A DNA stretch of 47,202 nt from Bacteroidales bacterium (GCA_027011095.1 JALVAQ010000492.1:1-47202); one strand, 5' to 3'. Numbered from the stretch's first letter, positions 29,653-38,835 are shown. Program-made: numbers and translations. Notes: a model not told the origin generated them from the letters alone.

Positions 29653-29660
29653 CAAATATA
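29653..29660 (-). promoter_or_regulatory. -7 promoter box TATATTTG for the acyl-CoA ligase gene
   Basis: Plus strand CAAATATA, 28 nt upstream of the ATG at 29625. Confidence 0.5.
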
Positions 29661-29751
29661 CGAAAAAACCACTCGATAGAACAAGCCGTCGATTCAGCAC
29701 GTTTTAAACCTTAACAAATGTTAGAAATAACAATGCTTTTAAATAATTAAC

Positions 29752-29759
29752 TAATTTTG
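29752..29759 (+). promoter_or_regulatory. -7 promoter box TAATTTTG for the pterin/folE/BI-1/fabD gene string
   Basis: 18 nt upstream of the ATG at 29777. Confidence 0.5.
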
Positions 29760-29776
29760 TTTCATAAATAAGAACA

Positions 29777-30193
29777 ATGATTTACATCACACGCAGAGAA
29801 CGGTTCAATGCAGCGCACAGGCTGTTTCGTCCCGATTATTCCGACGAAAAAAACATGGCGGTTTTCGGAAAATGTTCAAACCCCAACTGGCACGGACATA
29901 ATTATCAGCTTTTTGTTACCGTTAAAGGAAATCTGAACGATGAAACAGGTTTTTTAATCAATTTGAAAACACTTAGTAAAGTTATTCGCGAAAAAGTAAT
30001 TGCCAAATTGGACCATAAAAACATTAACCTTGAAGTTGACTTTATGAAAGGTAAACTGGCTTCAACCGAAAACCTGGCTATTGCCATTTGGAATGAATTG
30101 GAAGAGCCTGTTAAAAACCTGAATGCCACGCTGCATTGTGTAAAAGTTACTGAATCGGAAAACAATTATGTTGAATACTTTGGTGACAAATAA
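29777..30193 (+). CDS. 6-pyruvoyl-tetrahydropterin / 6-carboxy-tetrahydropterin synthase family protein (PTPS/QueD)
   Basis: 138 aa with FNAAHRL, CSNPNWHGHNY and LDHKNIN, the Zn-His and Cys catalytic layout shared by PTPS and QueD. Confidence 0.85.
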   Translation: MIYITRRERFNAAHRLFRPDYSDEKNMAVFGKCSNPNWHGHNYQLFVTVKGNLNDETGFLINLKTLSKVIREKVIAKLDHKNINLEVDFMKGKLASTENLAIAIWNELEEPVKNLNATLHCVKVTESENNYVEYFGDK

Positions 30194-30257
30194 TACCTTT
30201 GTCTTGCCAAATTGACATTGGCACCCTATTTGATTCACCCCAAATAAAATTTATAAA

Positions 30258-30875
30258 ATGAATAAAAGAAAAGAGATGTTGGGCTACGAGCGCATTGACA
30301 CTTTTGCTCCCGATAAATTGGAAAAACTTGAGTACCATTATCACGAAATATTAAAACTTATTGGTGAAGACCCCGAACGCGAAGGGTTGCAAAAAACACC
30401 CTATCGGGTGGCCAAATCCATACAGTTTCTTACACAGGGCTACGACCACGACCCCAAAGAGATATTGCTTTCGGCCAAGTTTAAAGAGGATTATCGTGAA
30501 ATGGTAATTGTAAAAGACATTGAAATTTTTTCGATGTGCGAACACCACATGATTCCGTTTATCGGAAAAGCACATGTTGCCTACATTCCCAACGGCTACA
30601 TTACGGGATTAAGTAAAATTGCCCGCGTGGTTGAAGCTTACGCGCGGAGGCTACAGGTTCAGGAACGGCTTACCACTCAAATTAAAGAAGCCATACAGTC
30701 AACACTGAACCCGTTGGGAGTAGCTGTTGTTATTGAAGCCAAACATTTATGTATGGCCATGCGTGGTGTTCAAAAGCAAAGCTCGGTAACCACAACATCC
30801 GATTTTACAGGTGCTTTTGAAAGAATAGAAACCAGAAATGAATTTATAAATTTAATTTCAGCAAAATTATCTTAA
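30258..30875 (+). CDS. folE: GTP cyclohydrolase I
   Basis: 205 aa with [27 protein letters not shown] and HLCMAMRGV. Confidence 0.9.
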   Translation: MNKRKEMLGYERIDTFAPDKLEKLEYHYHEILKLIGEDPEREGLQKTPYRVAKSIQFLTQGYDHDPKEILLSAKFKEDYREMVIVKDIEIFSMCEHHMIPFIGKAHVAYIPNGYITGLSKIARVVEAYARRLQVQERLTTQIKEAIQSTLNPLGVAVVIEAKHLCMAMRGVQKQSSVTTTSDFTGAFERIETRNEFINLISAKLS

Positions 30876-30893
30876 AAATAAGGAGGATTAATT

Positions 30894-31631
30894 ATGAATA
30901 GTTTTCAAAACAATCAATACGGAAATTTAAATCAAAAAGCCGAAGTATTGCCCGTTTCACGAACCTTTGTTTCGGGAGTTTTTATGTGGATGTTTGTGGC
31001 ATTGTCAATTACGGCTCTTACAGCCTGGTGGTTTGCCACTACTCCGGCTTTACTGCAACTTTTAATCGACCCTAACACCGGTGGCATGACCATTACGGGA
31101 TGGGTGGTAATGCTTGCCCCCCTGCTTTTGGTATTTGTTATGTCGGGAGGTGCCAGCCGCATGTCGGCTGCTACCATGTTGCTACTGTTTGTTGCTTTTT
31201 CAATTTTAATGGGAGCCAGTTTAAGCTTTATATTTTTAGCCTATACAGGCGCTTCCATTGCAAAAACATTTTTTATAACAAGCGGCATGTTTGGCATAAT
31301 GGCGGTGGTGGGTTATACCACTAAAACCGACCTCACAAAATTTGGCAGCATCATGTTTATGGGGCTGATTGGTATTATTATAGCCAGTATTGTAAATATG
31401 TTTATGCACAGTGGGTCAATGGATTACATTATAAGCTTTTTGGGTGTATTAATATTTACGGGGCTTACTGCCTACGATGTTCAAAAAATAAAACGCATCG
31501 GTGCACAGGTGGATGGTTATACCGCCGACGACAACGTTAGAAAAATGATGCTTTTCGGCGCTTTGTCATTATATCTCGACTTTATCAATTTATTTCTATT
31601 TTTGCTGCGTTTTTTCGGTAATAGAAAGTAA
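30894..31631 (+). CDS. Bax inhibitor-1/YccA family membrane protein
   Basis: 245 aa with seven hydrophobic segments. The C-terminal LYLDFINLFLFLLRFFG motif is typical of BI-1/YbhL. AGGAGG lies 7 nt upstream of the ATG. Confidence 0.85.
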   Translation: MNSFQNNQYGNLNQKAEVLPVSRTFVSGVFMWMFVALSITALTAWWFATTPALLQLLIDPNTGGMTITGWVVMLAPLLLVFVMSGGASRMSAATMLLLFVAFSILMGASLSFIFLAYTGASIAKTFFITSGMFGIMAVVGYTTKTDLTKFGSIMFMGLIGIIIASIVNMFMHSGSMDYIISFLGVLIFTGLTAYDVQKIKRIGAQVDGYTADDNVRKMMLFGALSLYLDFINLFLFLLRFFGNRK

Positions 31632-31649
31632 AACACTTAACAACTTAAT

Positions 31650-32531
31650 ATGATAGCTTACGTTTTTCCCGGACAGGGTGCCCAATACATTGGAATGGGA
31701 AAGGATCTTTACGACAAATCGTCTAAAGCCAAAGACCTTTTCAATAAAGCAAACAATATCCTTAAATTTATAATTACGGATATTATGTTTGACGGAACCG
31801 AAGAGGAACTAAAACAGACTAATGTTACACAGCCTGCCATTTTTTTACACTCGGTAATTTTAGCGCACCTGCTTGGTGACGATTTTAAACCCGATATGGT
31901 GGCAGGCCACTCGCTGGGAGAATTTTCGGCCCTTGTGGCCAACAAAACCCTGTCGTTTGAAGACGGTTTGATGTTGGTTTCAAAACGGGCTTCGGCCATG
32001 CAAAAAGCTTGCGAATACGAACCTTCTACCATGGCTGCCATCATAGGCCTTGACGATGAAATTGTGGAAAAGGTTTGTAAAGAGATTGACGAGGTTGTGG
32101 TTCCGGCCAACTATAACACCCCCGGCCAACTCGTTATTTCGGGTTCGTTGGCAGGCATCGACAAAGCCATCGAAAAGCTTAACGAAGCCGGTGCAAAACG
32201 AGCTTTAAAACTAAAAGTGGGTGGTGCTTTTCATTCACCATTAATGGAGCCTGCACGTATTGAGTTGGCCGAAGCCATTTCGTCAACAAAATTCAGCCAG
32301 GGTATTTGTCCCATTTACCAAAATGTAACAGGACAGCCGGTTAACGACCCTGAGATTATTAAAAACAACCTTATCAAGCAGCTTGTATCGCCGGTTCGTT
32401 GGACACAAACCATGAAAAACATGCTTGCCGATGGAGCCACCAAAATAATTGAGGTAGGCCCCGGAAAGGTGTTACAGGGGATGTTTAAAAAAATTGACCG
32501 TAAGTTAGATACCGAAAGCGCGGGGATGTAA
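31650..32531 (+). CDS. fabD: ACP S-malonyltransferase
   Basis: 293 aa with FPGQGAQ, GHSLGEFSAL, AFHSPLM and VRW. Confidence 0.9.
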   Translation: MIAYVFPGQGAQYIGMGKDLYDKSSKAKDLFNKANNILKFIITDIMFDGTEEELKQTNVTQPAIFLHSVILAHLLGDDFKPDMVAGHSLGEFSALVANKTLSFEDGLMLVSKRASAMQKACEYEPSTMAAIIGLDDEIVEKVCKEIDEVVVPANYNTPGQLVISGSLAGIDKAIEKLNEAGAKRALKLKVGGAFHSPLMEPARIELAEAISSTKFSQGICPIYQNVTGQPVNDPEIIKNNLIKQLVSPVRWTQTMKNMLADGATKIIEVGPGKVLQGMFKKIDRKLDTESAGM

Positions 32532-34052
32532 TTATATCCCTTCCATCAACGCATCGGGAAGCTCAAACTCAACTTCTCTGACAAACTTGATGCTCTTCAT
32601 AATTTCATCGTGCATAATTTTGTCATCGTCAACAAAGGCAACGCGTTGGCGATATTTCGCAACAAACTCTTCTAGAAACGAAGAGGTTTTATAGGGTCTT
32701 CTAAAGTCAAGAGCCTGTGCGGCATTAAACAGCTCAATGGCTAAAATACGCTCCAGATTTTCGACCACTCTGTAGGCTTTAGTAGCTCCGTTGGCTCCCA
32801 TACTTACGTGGTCTTCCTGTCCCTGCGACGATTCAATGGTGTCCACCGAAGCCGGAGTACAAAGTTGTTTATTTTGATTTACAATAGAAGCAGCCGTATA
32901 TTGCGGAATCATAAAACCCGAATTAAGGCCGGGATTTGCCACCAAAAACGAGGGCAGCCCTCTGCGCCCGTGTAACAGCTGATAGGTTCTTCGTTCCGAG
33001 ATGCTCCCCCACTCTGCGGCAGCTATGGCAAGGTTATCAAGCGCCAGTGCCAACGGCTGGCCATGAAAATTTCCACCTGAAACAATTACATCTTCGTCAG
33101 GGAAAATGGTGGGATTGTCGGTTACGGCATTTATCTCGTTCGAAAATACGTACGCCACATAGTTAACCGAGTCTTTGGAAGCACCGTGAACCTGCGGAAT
33201 ACATCTGAATGAATAGGGATCCTGAACATGCTCTTTCGGACGTTTAATCAACTCGCTGTCCTTTAAAATCGAGCGAAACCGCTCAGCCGTTTGAATTTGT
33301 CCTTTGTGATGACGAATTTGATGCAATGAGTCCATAAAAGGTTCAATGCGCCCGTCGAAAGCATCCAGCGACAGCGCTGCAATAATGTCGGCAAGCTCCG
33401 AAAGCCTGAATATTTTTAACAACGAGGTAACGCCGTAAGCACTCATAAACTGAGTTCCGTTTAGCAAAGCCAGTCCTTCTTTTGATTTTAGCTGCAAGGG
33501 TTGCCATCCAAACTTTTTCAACACGGTGGCAGCATCCATATATTTGCCTTCAAAGCTAACCGCACCCAGTCCCAGCAATGGTAACGACATGTGCGCCAGC
33601 GGTGCCAAATCGCCCGAAGCACCCAACGAACCCTGCTGATAGACAATCGGAATAACATCGTTGTTAAAAAAATCAATCAGCCGCTGAACCGTACTTAGAT
33701 GTACCCCCGAATGGCCATACGAAAGCGACTGAATTTTTAAAAGCAACATCAGCTTAACAACTTCTGACGGCACTTCGTCACCGGTTCCACAGGCATGCGA
33801 TTTTACCAGATTTTCCTGAAGCTTACCCAAATCCTGTTTGGAAATGGATTTGTTATAGAGTGCTCCAAACCCGGTGTTGATACCGTAAATGGGAGTATCC
33901 TGATTCTTAATCTTTTCGTCAAGATAGTTACGGCACTTTACAATTAACCCCTTCGACTCACCGGAGAGTTCCAGCTTTAAGCCATCGTGAAGAATTTCGT
34001 AAATCCTTTTAAAGGTTAATTTATCGGGAGAAATAGTATGAATATTTTGCAT
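32532..34052 (-). CDS. hutH: Histidine ammonia-lyase
   Basis: 506 aa. MIO-forming GSLGASGDLAPLAH. The selectivity position reads LVKSHACG (Ser-His as in HAL; TAL has His-Leu and PAL has Phe-Leu). Confidence 0.88.
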   Translation of the reverse strand: MQNIHTISPDKLTFKRIYEILHDGLKLELSGESKGLIVKCRNYLDEKIKNQDTPIYGINTGFGALYNKSISKQDLGKLQENLVKSHACGTGDEVPSEVVKLMLLLKIQSLSYGHSGVHLSTVQRLIDFFNNDVIPIVYQQGSLGASGDLAPLAHMSLPLLGLGAVSFEGKYMDAATVLKKFGWQPLQLKSKEGLALLNGTQFMSAYGVTSLLKIFRLSELADIIAALSLDAFDGRIEPFMDSLHQIRHHKGQIQTAERFRSILKDSELIKRPKEHVQDPYSFRCIPQVHGASKDSVNYVAYVFSNEINAVTDNPTIFPDEDVIVSGGNFHGQPLALALDNLAIAAAEWGSISERRTYQLLHGRRGLPSFLVANPGLNSGFMIPQYTAASIVNQNKQLCTPASVDTIESSQGQEDHVSMGANGATKAYRVVENLERILAIELFNAAQALDFRRPYKTSSFLEEFVAKYRQRVAFVDDDKIMHDEIMKSIKFVREVEFELPDALMEGI

Positions 34053-34074
34053 CTGAATACAATTTAAAGATGAT

Positions 34075-35457
34075 TTAAAGGACTGTTTTTTTTACCTTTT
34101 TTATTTTCTCAACCAACTCATCCACCGACATCTTTTCCTGCTCGCCGGTTATCATATTTTTCAAGGTATAGCGCTTTGTTTCCATCTCCTGCTCGCCAAT
34201 TAAAACCACAAACGGAATAGCCCGTTGATTAGCATATTTCATTTGTTTTTTCATTTTGCCGGCATCGGGATAAAGTTCGGCACGAATGCCGTTTTGCTGT
34301 AGGCTTACTAAAACCTCCAAAGCATGTGCGCCCTCCTTTTCACCAAAATTAACAAACATCGCCTCTGTGGAGGTTTCAACCTCTTTGGGAAAAAGATTTT
34401 GCTCTTTCATCACATCATAAATGCGGTCGGCGCCAAACGAAACTCCTACCCCCGAAACATCAGGAAGGCCAAAAATACCGGTCAGGTTATCGTAACGCCC
34501 GCCGCCACAAATACTTCCAATGTTTACACCGTTGGCTTTTACCTCGATAATGGCACCGGTATAATAATTTAATCCGCGTGCCAGCGACTGGTCAATTTCC
34601 ACTTTCGATTTAATATTCAACGGTTTCAAATAGTCCAGCACCATCTCCAATTCAGCAATCCCCTTTTCACCGTCATCGGTGTGGCCAATCAGCTGTTTCA
34701 AACAGTTTAGCTTTGAGTCGTTTGTACCGCTAAGATTAATAATCGGCTCGAGGTTGTCAATCGAATCCTGCGTAATTCCCTTTGAAAGCAGCTCTTCATA
34801 CACCTTTTCAATACCGATTTTATCCAGTTTGTCGATGGCCGTGGTAATATCAATTAATTTATCGGCGGCATCAATTGATTCGGCCATGCCGCTCAGCACT
34901 TTCCGGTTATTCAATTTTATGGTAACACTCACCTTTAGCCTGTTAAACACCTCATCAATTATTCTGATAAGTTCAACTTCGTTAAGCAACGAATTGGAAC
35001 CTATTACATCCACATCGCACTGGTAGAACTCACGATAGCGTCCTTTTTGAGGCCTGTCGGCACGCCATACCGGTTGAATCTGGTACCGTTTAAACGGAAA
35101 GGTAATATCGTTTCGATGTTGTACCACGTAACGGGCAAAGGGAACGGTAAGGTCGTAACGAAGCCCTTTTTCGGAGACAGCGAGTGCCAGGCGGTTCAGA
35201 TTTTTAGCCTCGTAGTCTTCCGCTTTAATGTTTTTGGTAAAGTCGCCCGAATTCAAAATCTTAAACAACAATCTGTCGCCCTCTTCGCCATATTTACCCA
35301 ACAGGGTGGAAAGATTTTCCATGGCAGGCGTTTCAATGGGTTGATAACCAAACTGTTTAAACACCTCCTGAATTGTGTTGAAAATAAAATTTCTGCGCGC
35401 CATTTCAAGAGGTGAAAAATCGCGGGTTCCTTTTGGTATCGAAGGTTTTTGTGCCAT
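34075..35457 (-). CDS. hisS: Histidine--tRNA ligase
   Basis: 460 aa. Class II motifs include [32 protein letters not shown] and GGGRYD, with a C-terminal anticodon-binding domain. Confidence 0.92.
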   Translation of the reverse strand: MAQKPSIPKGTRDFSPLEMARRNFIFNTIQEVFKQFGYQPIETPAMENLSTLLGKYGEEGDRLLFKILNSGDFTKNIKAEDYEAKNLNRLALAVSEKGLRYDLTVPFARYVVQHRNDITFPFKRYQIQPVWRADRPQKGRYREFYQCDVDVIGSNSLLNEVELIRIIDEVFNRLKVSVTIKLNNRKVLSGMAESIDAADKLIDITTAIDKLDKIGIEKVYEELLSKGITQDSIDNLEPIINLSGTNDSKLNCLKQLIGHTDDGEKGIAELEMVLDYLKPLNIKSKVEIDQSLARGLNYYTGAIIEVKANGVNIGSICGGGRYDNLTGIFGLPDVSGVGVSFGADRIYDVMKEQNLFPKEVETSTEAMFVNFGEKEGAHALEVLVSLQQNGIRAELYPDAGKMKKQMKYANQRAIPFVVLIGEQEMETKRYTLKNMITGEQEKMSVDELVEKIKKVKKTVL

Positions 35458-35478
35458 AACTTACATTTTTACAGGCTG

Positions 35479-35486
35479 CAAAAGTA
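35479..35486 (-). promoter_or_regulatory. -7 promoter box TACTTTTG for hisS-hutH
   Basis: Plus strand CAAAAGTA, 22 nt upstream of the ATG at 35457. Confidence 0.5.
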
Positions 35487-35756
35487 GTAGTTTTTACATT
35501 GGGTGAAACAGAAACAGATTCATTTCTTGTCTCGCCGGAAAACGGCTGATTCCTATTCAAACGAATTCCCTCAAGTTCGTTACGGTTTGCCTGTCCACCC
35601 GGCAGCAGGTAACCCGAATGACATAATACATTTTTTAGTTATCGGCAGTAGCCCTTGTTATTGTTCTGAAATTGTTAGGTTATCAGGATTTCTTCTGCTA
35701 TCCCAAAGATGTAAGATTCTTATTTCGGTTTCAGTATATCTATAAAAAATCCGTTA

Positions 35757-35800
35757 AATTCGTGTAATCCGATGACTTTTATCCACGAATTACACGAATT
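35757..35800. repeat. Perfect 12-bp inverted repeat AATTCGTGTAAT ... ATTACACGAATT with a 20-nt spacer
   Basis: Arms at 35757-35768 and 35789-35800. The right side also contains the doublet CACGAATTACACGAATT. Confidence 0.85.
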
Positions 35801-36053
35801 TTGTCTCTGAGAGCGTTCTTTGACCATATTATTCTTCTAACCATTTGTCAATGATTTTATATTCCTTGCTCGCTTGAGTTTGCCTGTTCGGCACGTCCAT
35901 CTGAATAACAAAGTCAGGTAAGGGCAGGCCCGCCCGAGCCAAACAAGCATGTTCGGACGGGTAAATCCAAAAGAGCGATAGTAAGCAAAACAAAAACAAT
36001 AAATGGAAAAAAGGAAATTACAACCAAAGCATTTTACCGGTTTTGAAAAAGAA

Positions 36054-36061
36054 TACTTTTG
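36054..36061 (+). promoter_or_regulatory. -7 promoter box TACTTTTG for the NifS-SelD fusion gene
   Basis: 40 nt upstream of the ATG at 36101. Confidence 0.45.
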
Positions 36062-36100
36062 TAAAAAAGTTGTTTTAGTCCAATAACAAAATATCAGCCC

Positions 36101-38317
36101 ATGAACACCAACGAACCCATATACCTCGATTACAACGCCACCACCCCCATATCCAAAGAGGTGGCCGATGCCATGCGTCCCTATCTGGAACACTATTTCG
36201 GCAATCCGTCCAGCGTGCACAGCTATGGCGTTAAAACCAAAATGGCTGTTGAAAAATCACGCCGTCAGATAGCGGAGCTGATTGGTTGCGACCCATCGGA
36301 AGTTATTTTTACCAGCGGTGGTACCGAATCCAACAATTACGCCATCAAAGGAATAGCGCTTGCCAATAAAAGCCGCGGAAATCACATCATCACCTCAGCG
36401 GTGGAGCATCCGGCTGTTTTTGAGGTGTGCAGCTATCTTGCCAAAAACGGTTTTGAAATATCCACCATTGATGTGGATAAATACGGCATTATAAAAATGG
36501 ATGAGCTACAAGCGGCCATTCGCCCCGAAACCATCCTCATAACTGTGATGCACGCCAACAACGAGGTGGGCAGCATTCAGCCCATTGCCGATATTGCCAA
36601 ACTGGCCAAAGCACACAACATTTTTTTGCACTCCGATGCGGCACAATCGCTGGGAAAAATTTCGGTCAACGTGCAGGATATGGGCGTTGACCTCCTCAGC
36701 ATTGCGGGCCACAAGCTGTATGCTCCCAAAGGAATCGGAGCACTTTTTATTCGCAAAGGGGTTCATCTTGAAAAACTGATACATGGCGCCGACCACGAAC
36801 AAAACCTGCGTGCCGGCACCGAAAACGTGTTGGAAATTGTGGGATTGGGCGAAGCAGCTCAACAGGCTAAAAACCACTTGCGGGAAAACATGGAACATTA
36901 TCAAAAAACCCGCGACTACCTGCAAAAGCTGTTAACGGAGGCGCTGCCATCGGTAAAAATAAACGGGCATCCTAAGCAACGGCTTCCCAACACACTCAGC
37001 ATCTCGTTTCCAAGGGTAGAAGCAAACACACTTATCGACCGGTTGGAAGGAGTGGCTGCTTCGGCGGGTGCCGCCTGTCATGCCGAAAGCGTGGATGTGT
37101 CGGCAGTATTGGAAGCCATGCTGGTGCCGATGGAGTTTGCCATGGGAACCATCCGCTTTTCCACCGGAAGAGGCACCACCCTATCCGACATAAAAACCGC
37201 TGCCGATGAAATTATAAAAACCGTTAAGCAGCTGATGCCCAAAGAGGAAAACACATCTCCCTCCACCGAAAAACCCAAAACCGATGAAATAAAACTCACC
37301 CACTACACCCACGGATTGGGTTGTGCCTGCAAAATTCAGCCTCAGCACCTGGAAAGTGTTTTGCAGAAGCTCAATCCCATTTTCGATAAAAATGTGCTGG
37401 TGGGAACCGAAACTGCCGATGATGCCACCGTTTACAAACTGCGCGATGATTTGGCCATTGTGCAAACGCTCGATTTTTTCACCCCCATTGTGGACGACCC
37501 TTATCAGTTTGGCGCCATTGCTGCGGCCAATGCGCTAAGCGATGTTTATGCCATGGGAGCCAAACCTTTGTTTGCGCTCAACATTGTAGGATTTCCGGAG
37601 GATACTTTGCCCATGGAGGTGCTGGAACAGATATTAAAAGGTGCTCAGGACAAAGCCACCGAAGCCGGCATCCCCATCCTTGGCGGCCACACCATCGAAG
37701 ACCCCGAGCCAAAATACGGCATGGTGGTTACAGGCAGCCTGCATCCTGATGAAATTATGAAAAACACGGGAGCCGTACCGGGTGATGTGCTGGTGCTGAC
37801 AAAACCGCTGGGAACCGGCATTCTCTCCACCGCCATCAAACGCGGCATGGTTGACGATGACCTCAAAAAGGAGGTTACAGCGCTGATGGCACAGCTCAAC
37901 AAAACCGCTGCTGAAACCATGAAAGCTTATGAGGTGCATGCCTGTACCGATGTTACCGGCTTCGGGTTGATGGGTCACCTTAAAGAGATGACCACCGGCT
38001 CGCATTGCGATGTGACCATAGAGTTTGATAAAGTGCCTTACATTAGGGAAGTAAAGAACCTCGCTACCGCAGGAATAATTCCGGGAGGAACCTATAACAA
38101 CCTTGATTATGCGGCCGGTATTGTTGATTATGGAAACCTGCCCCGCACCGACCAGTTGTTGCTTTGTGATGCTCAGACTTCGGGTGGATTGCTGGTGGCG
38201 CTACCTGCCGGTGAAGCCGAAAAATATCTTAAAACATTACGTGCAAAAGGAAACAAAAAGGCTGTAATAATTGGTACATTTACTAAAAATGGTAACGGGC
38301 TGATTAATGTGAAATAG
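36101..38317 (+). CDS. selD: Fusion protein: NifS-like cysteine desulfurase / selenocysteine lyase (N-terminal) + selenide, water dikinase SelD (C-terminal)
   Basis: The N-terminal ~385 aa has the PLP-Lys context SIAGHKLYAPKGIG and the catalytic-Cys loop ASAGAACHA. The C-terminal ~345 aa starts with the SelD motif THGLGCACKI (Cys type, not Sec) and has PurM-like domains. Confidence 0.85.
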   Translation: MNTNEPIYLDYNATTPISKEVADAMRPYLEHYFGNPSSVHSYGVKTKMAVEKSRRQIAELIGCDPSEVIFTSGGTESNNYAIKGIALANKSRGNHIITSAVEHPAVFEVCSYLAKNGFEISTIDVDKYGIIKMDELQAAIRPETILITVMHANNEVGSIQPIADIAKLAKAHNIFLHSDAAQSLGKISVNVQDMGVDLLSIAGHKLYAPKGIGALFIRKGVHLEKLIHGADHEQNLRAGTENVLEIVGLGEAAQQAKNHLRENMEHYQKTRDYLQKLLTEALPSVKINGHPKQRLPNTLSISFPRVEANTLIDRLEGVAASAGAACHAESVDVSAVLEAMLVPMEFAMGTIRFSTGRGTTLSDIKTAADEIIKTVKQLMPKEENTSPSTEKPKTDEIKLTHYTHGLGCACKIQPQHLESVLQKLNPIFDKNVLVGTETADDATVYKLRDDLAIVQTLDFFTPIVDDPYQFGAIAAANALSDVYAMGAKPLFALNIVGFPEDTLPMEVLEQILKGAQDKATEAGIPILGGHTIEDPEPKYGMVVTGSLHPDEIMKNTGAVPGDVLVLTKPLGTGILSTAIKRGMVDDDLKKEVTALMAQLNKTAAETMKAYEVHACTDVTGFGLMGHLKEMTTGSHCDVTIEFDKVPYIREVKNLATAGIIPGGTYNNLDYAAGIVDYGNLPRTDQLLLCDAQTSGGLLVALPAGEAEKYLKTLRAKGNKKAVIIGTFTKNGNGLINVK

Positions 38318-38340
38318 CCCTTTTCCTGAGTATTGTAACG

Positions 38341-38423
38341 GTACACTGATTGGACTGATTAAACTGATTTATTATGATAAGAGAAAATCAGTCAAATCAT
38401 AATAATCATAAAAATCAGTGTAC
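38341..38423. repeat. Nested inverted repeats between the convergent selD and DUF1289 genes
   Basis: Outer arms GTACACTGATT (38341-38351) / AATCAGTGTAC (38413-38423) are perfect over 11 bp. Inner arms are ACTGATTT (38363-38370) / AAATCAGT (38385-38392). ACTGATT occurs three times in direct orientation. Confidence 0.8.
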
Positions 38424-38463
38424 TATTCAATGGCACACCGATGAAACTGAAAATATCCCTCTC

Positions 38464-38661
38464 CTATCTGAGAAACCTGTTTGGAGGTGATTCGCCGCGC
38501 ACATTGGTTCGTTTGGAGGCTCTTTCTATAACTGCTTTCTTTTCCTCGTTGGTGTACTTCGACCAGTTACCCACCTCTTCTCCCGTTCGGCGGCAACCAA
38601 AACATACATCGTTTGAATCGCGAAAACATATTCTTATACAGGGATTTGGTATTTCTTCCAT
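38464..38661 (-). CDS. DUF1289-family small Cys-rich protein
   Basis: 65 aa. PCIRICFRDSNDVCFGCRRTGEEVGNW matches the C-x3-C...C-x-G-C-x-R-T-x2-E-x3-W pattern I recall for DUF1289. It has its own -7 box. Confidence 0.7.
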   Translation of the reverse strand: MEEIPNPCIRICFRDSNDVCFGCRRTGEEVGNWSKYTNEEKKAVIERASKRTNVRGESPPNRFLR

Positions 38662-38678
38662 ACTGATTTATTTTCTGA

Positions 38679-38686
38679 CAAAGATA
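38679..38686 (-). promoter_or_regulatory. -7 promoter box TATCTTTG for the DUF1289 gene
   Basis: Plus strand CAAAGATA, 18 nt upstream of the ATG at 38661. Confidence 0.5.
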
Positions 38687-38781
38687 CTATTTTTAATCAT
38701 TATAAATAAGCCGCTGTAACGGAAGTAGCCGAATAAATTGGAAGTACTGCTTTGTTATTGCCAATAAAAAACCTTGATTGC

Positions 38782-38825
38782 AGGTTGTAACCAACAAAAA
38801 TATCAATATTTTGTAGGTTGTAACC
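38782..38825 (+). promoter_or_regulatory. Two copies of AGGTTGTAACC (internally palindromic GGTT-GT-AACC), 33 bp apart; candidate operator
   Basis: Copies at 38782-38792 and 38815-38825. The second extends to AGGTTGTAACCT and overlaps the promoter spacer of the AAA ATPase gene. Confidence 0.35.
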
Positions 38826-38835
38826 TGCAATTTAT

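Noticed and set aside
29701-29776. preQ1 or THF riboswitch upstream of the PTPS/QueD-folE genes, and a cobalamin riboswitch upstream of icmF or meaB
   Set aside because: The -7 boxes leave leaders of only about 18-25 nt, which is too short for any of these aptamers.
29777-30193. Deciding between QueD (queuosine) and PTPS (biopterin/folate bypass) for the 138-aa pterin synthase
   Set aside because: The Cys/His motifs visible are shared by both subfamilies. I cannot discriminate them without a profile search, so only the family is called.
32532-34052. Tyrosine/phenylalanine ammonia-lyase (for example for flexirubin-type pigment synthesis) instead of HAL
   Set aside because: The selectivity-switch position reads Ser-His (LVKSHACG), as in histidine ammonia-lyases, not His-Leu (TAL) or Phe-Leu (PAL).
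35905-35945. SRP (4.5S) RNA, suggested by GTCAGGT in a GC-rich patch
   Set aside because: The conserved domain IV continuation (GGTCCGGAAGGAAGCAGCC-like, with a GNAR tetraloop) is absent and I could not draw the long helix. It is kept only as an unexplained element.
35503-36220. Track ORFs 35503-35745 (+) and 35837-36220 (-)
   Set aside because: The first starts with GTG and has a low-complexity, Cys/Leu-rich product with no promoter box. The second overlaps the nifS-selD start and promoter on the opposite strand. Neither resembles a known family.
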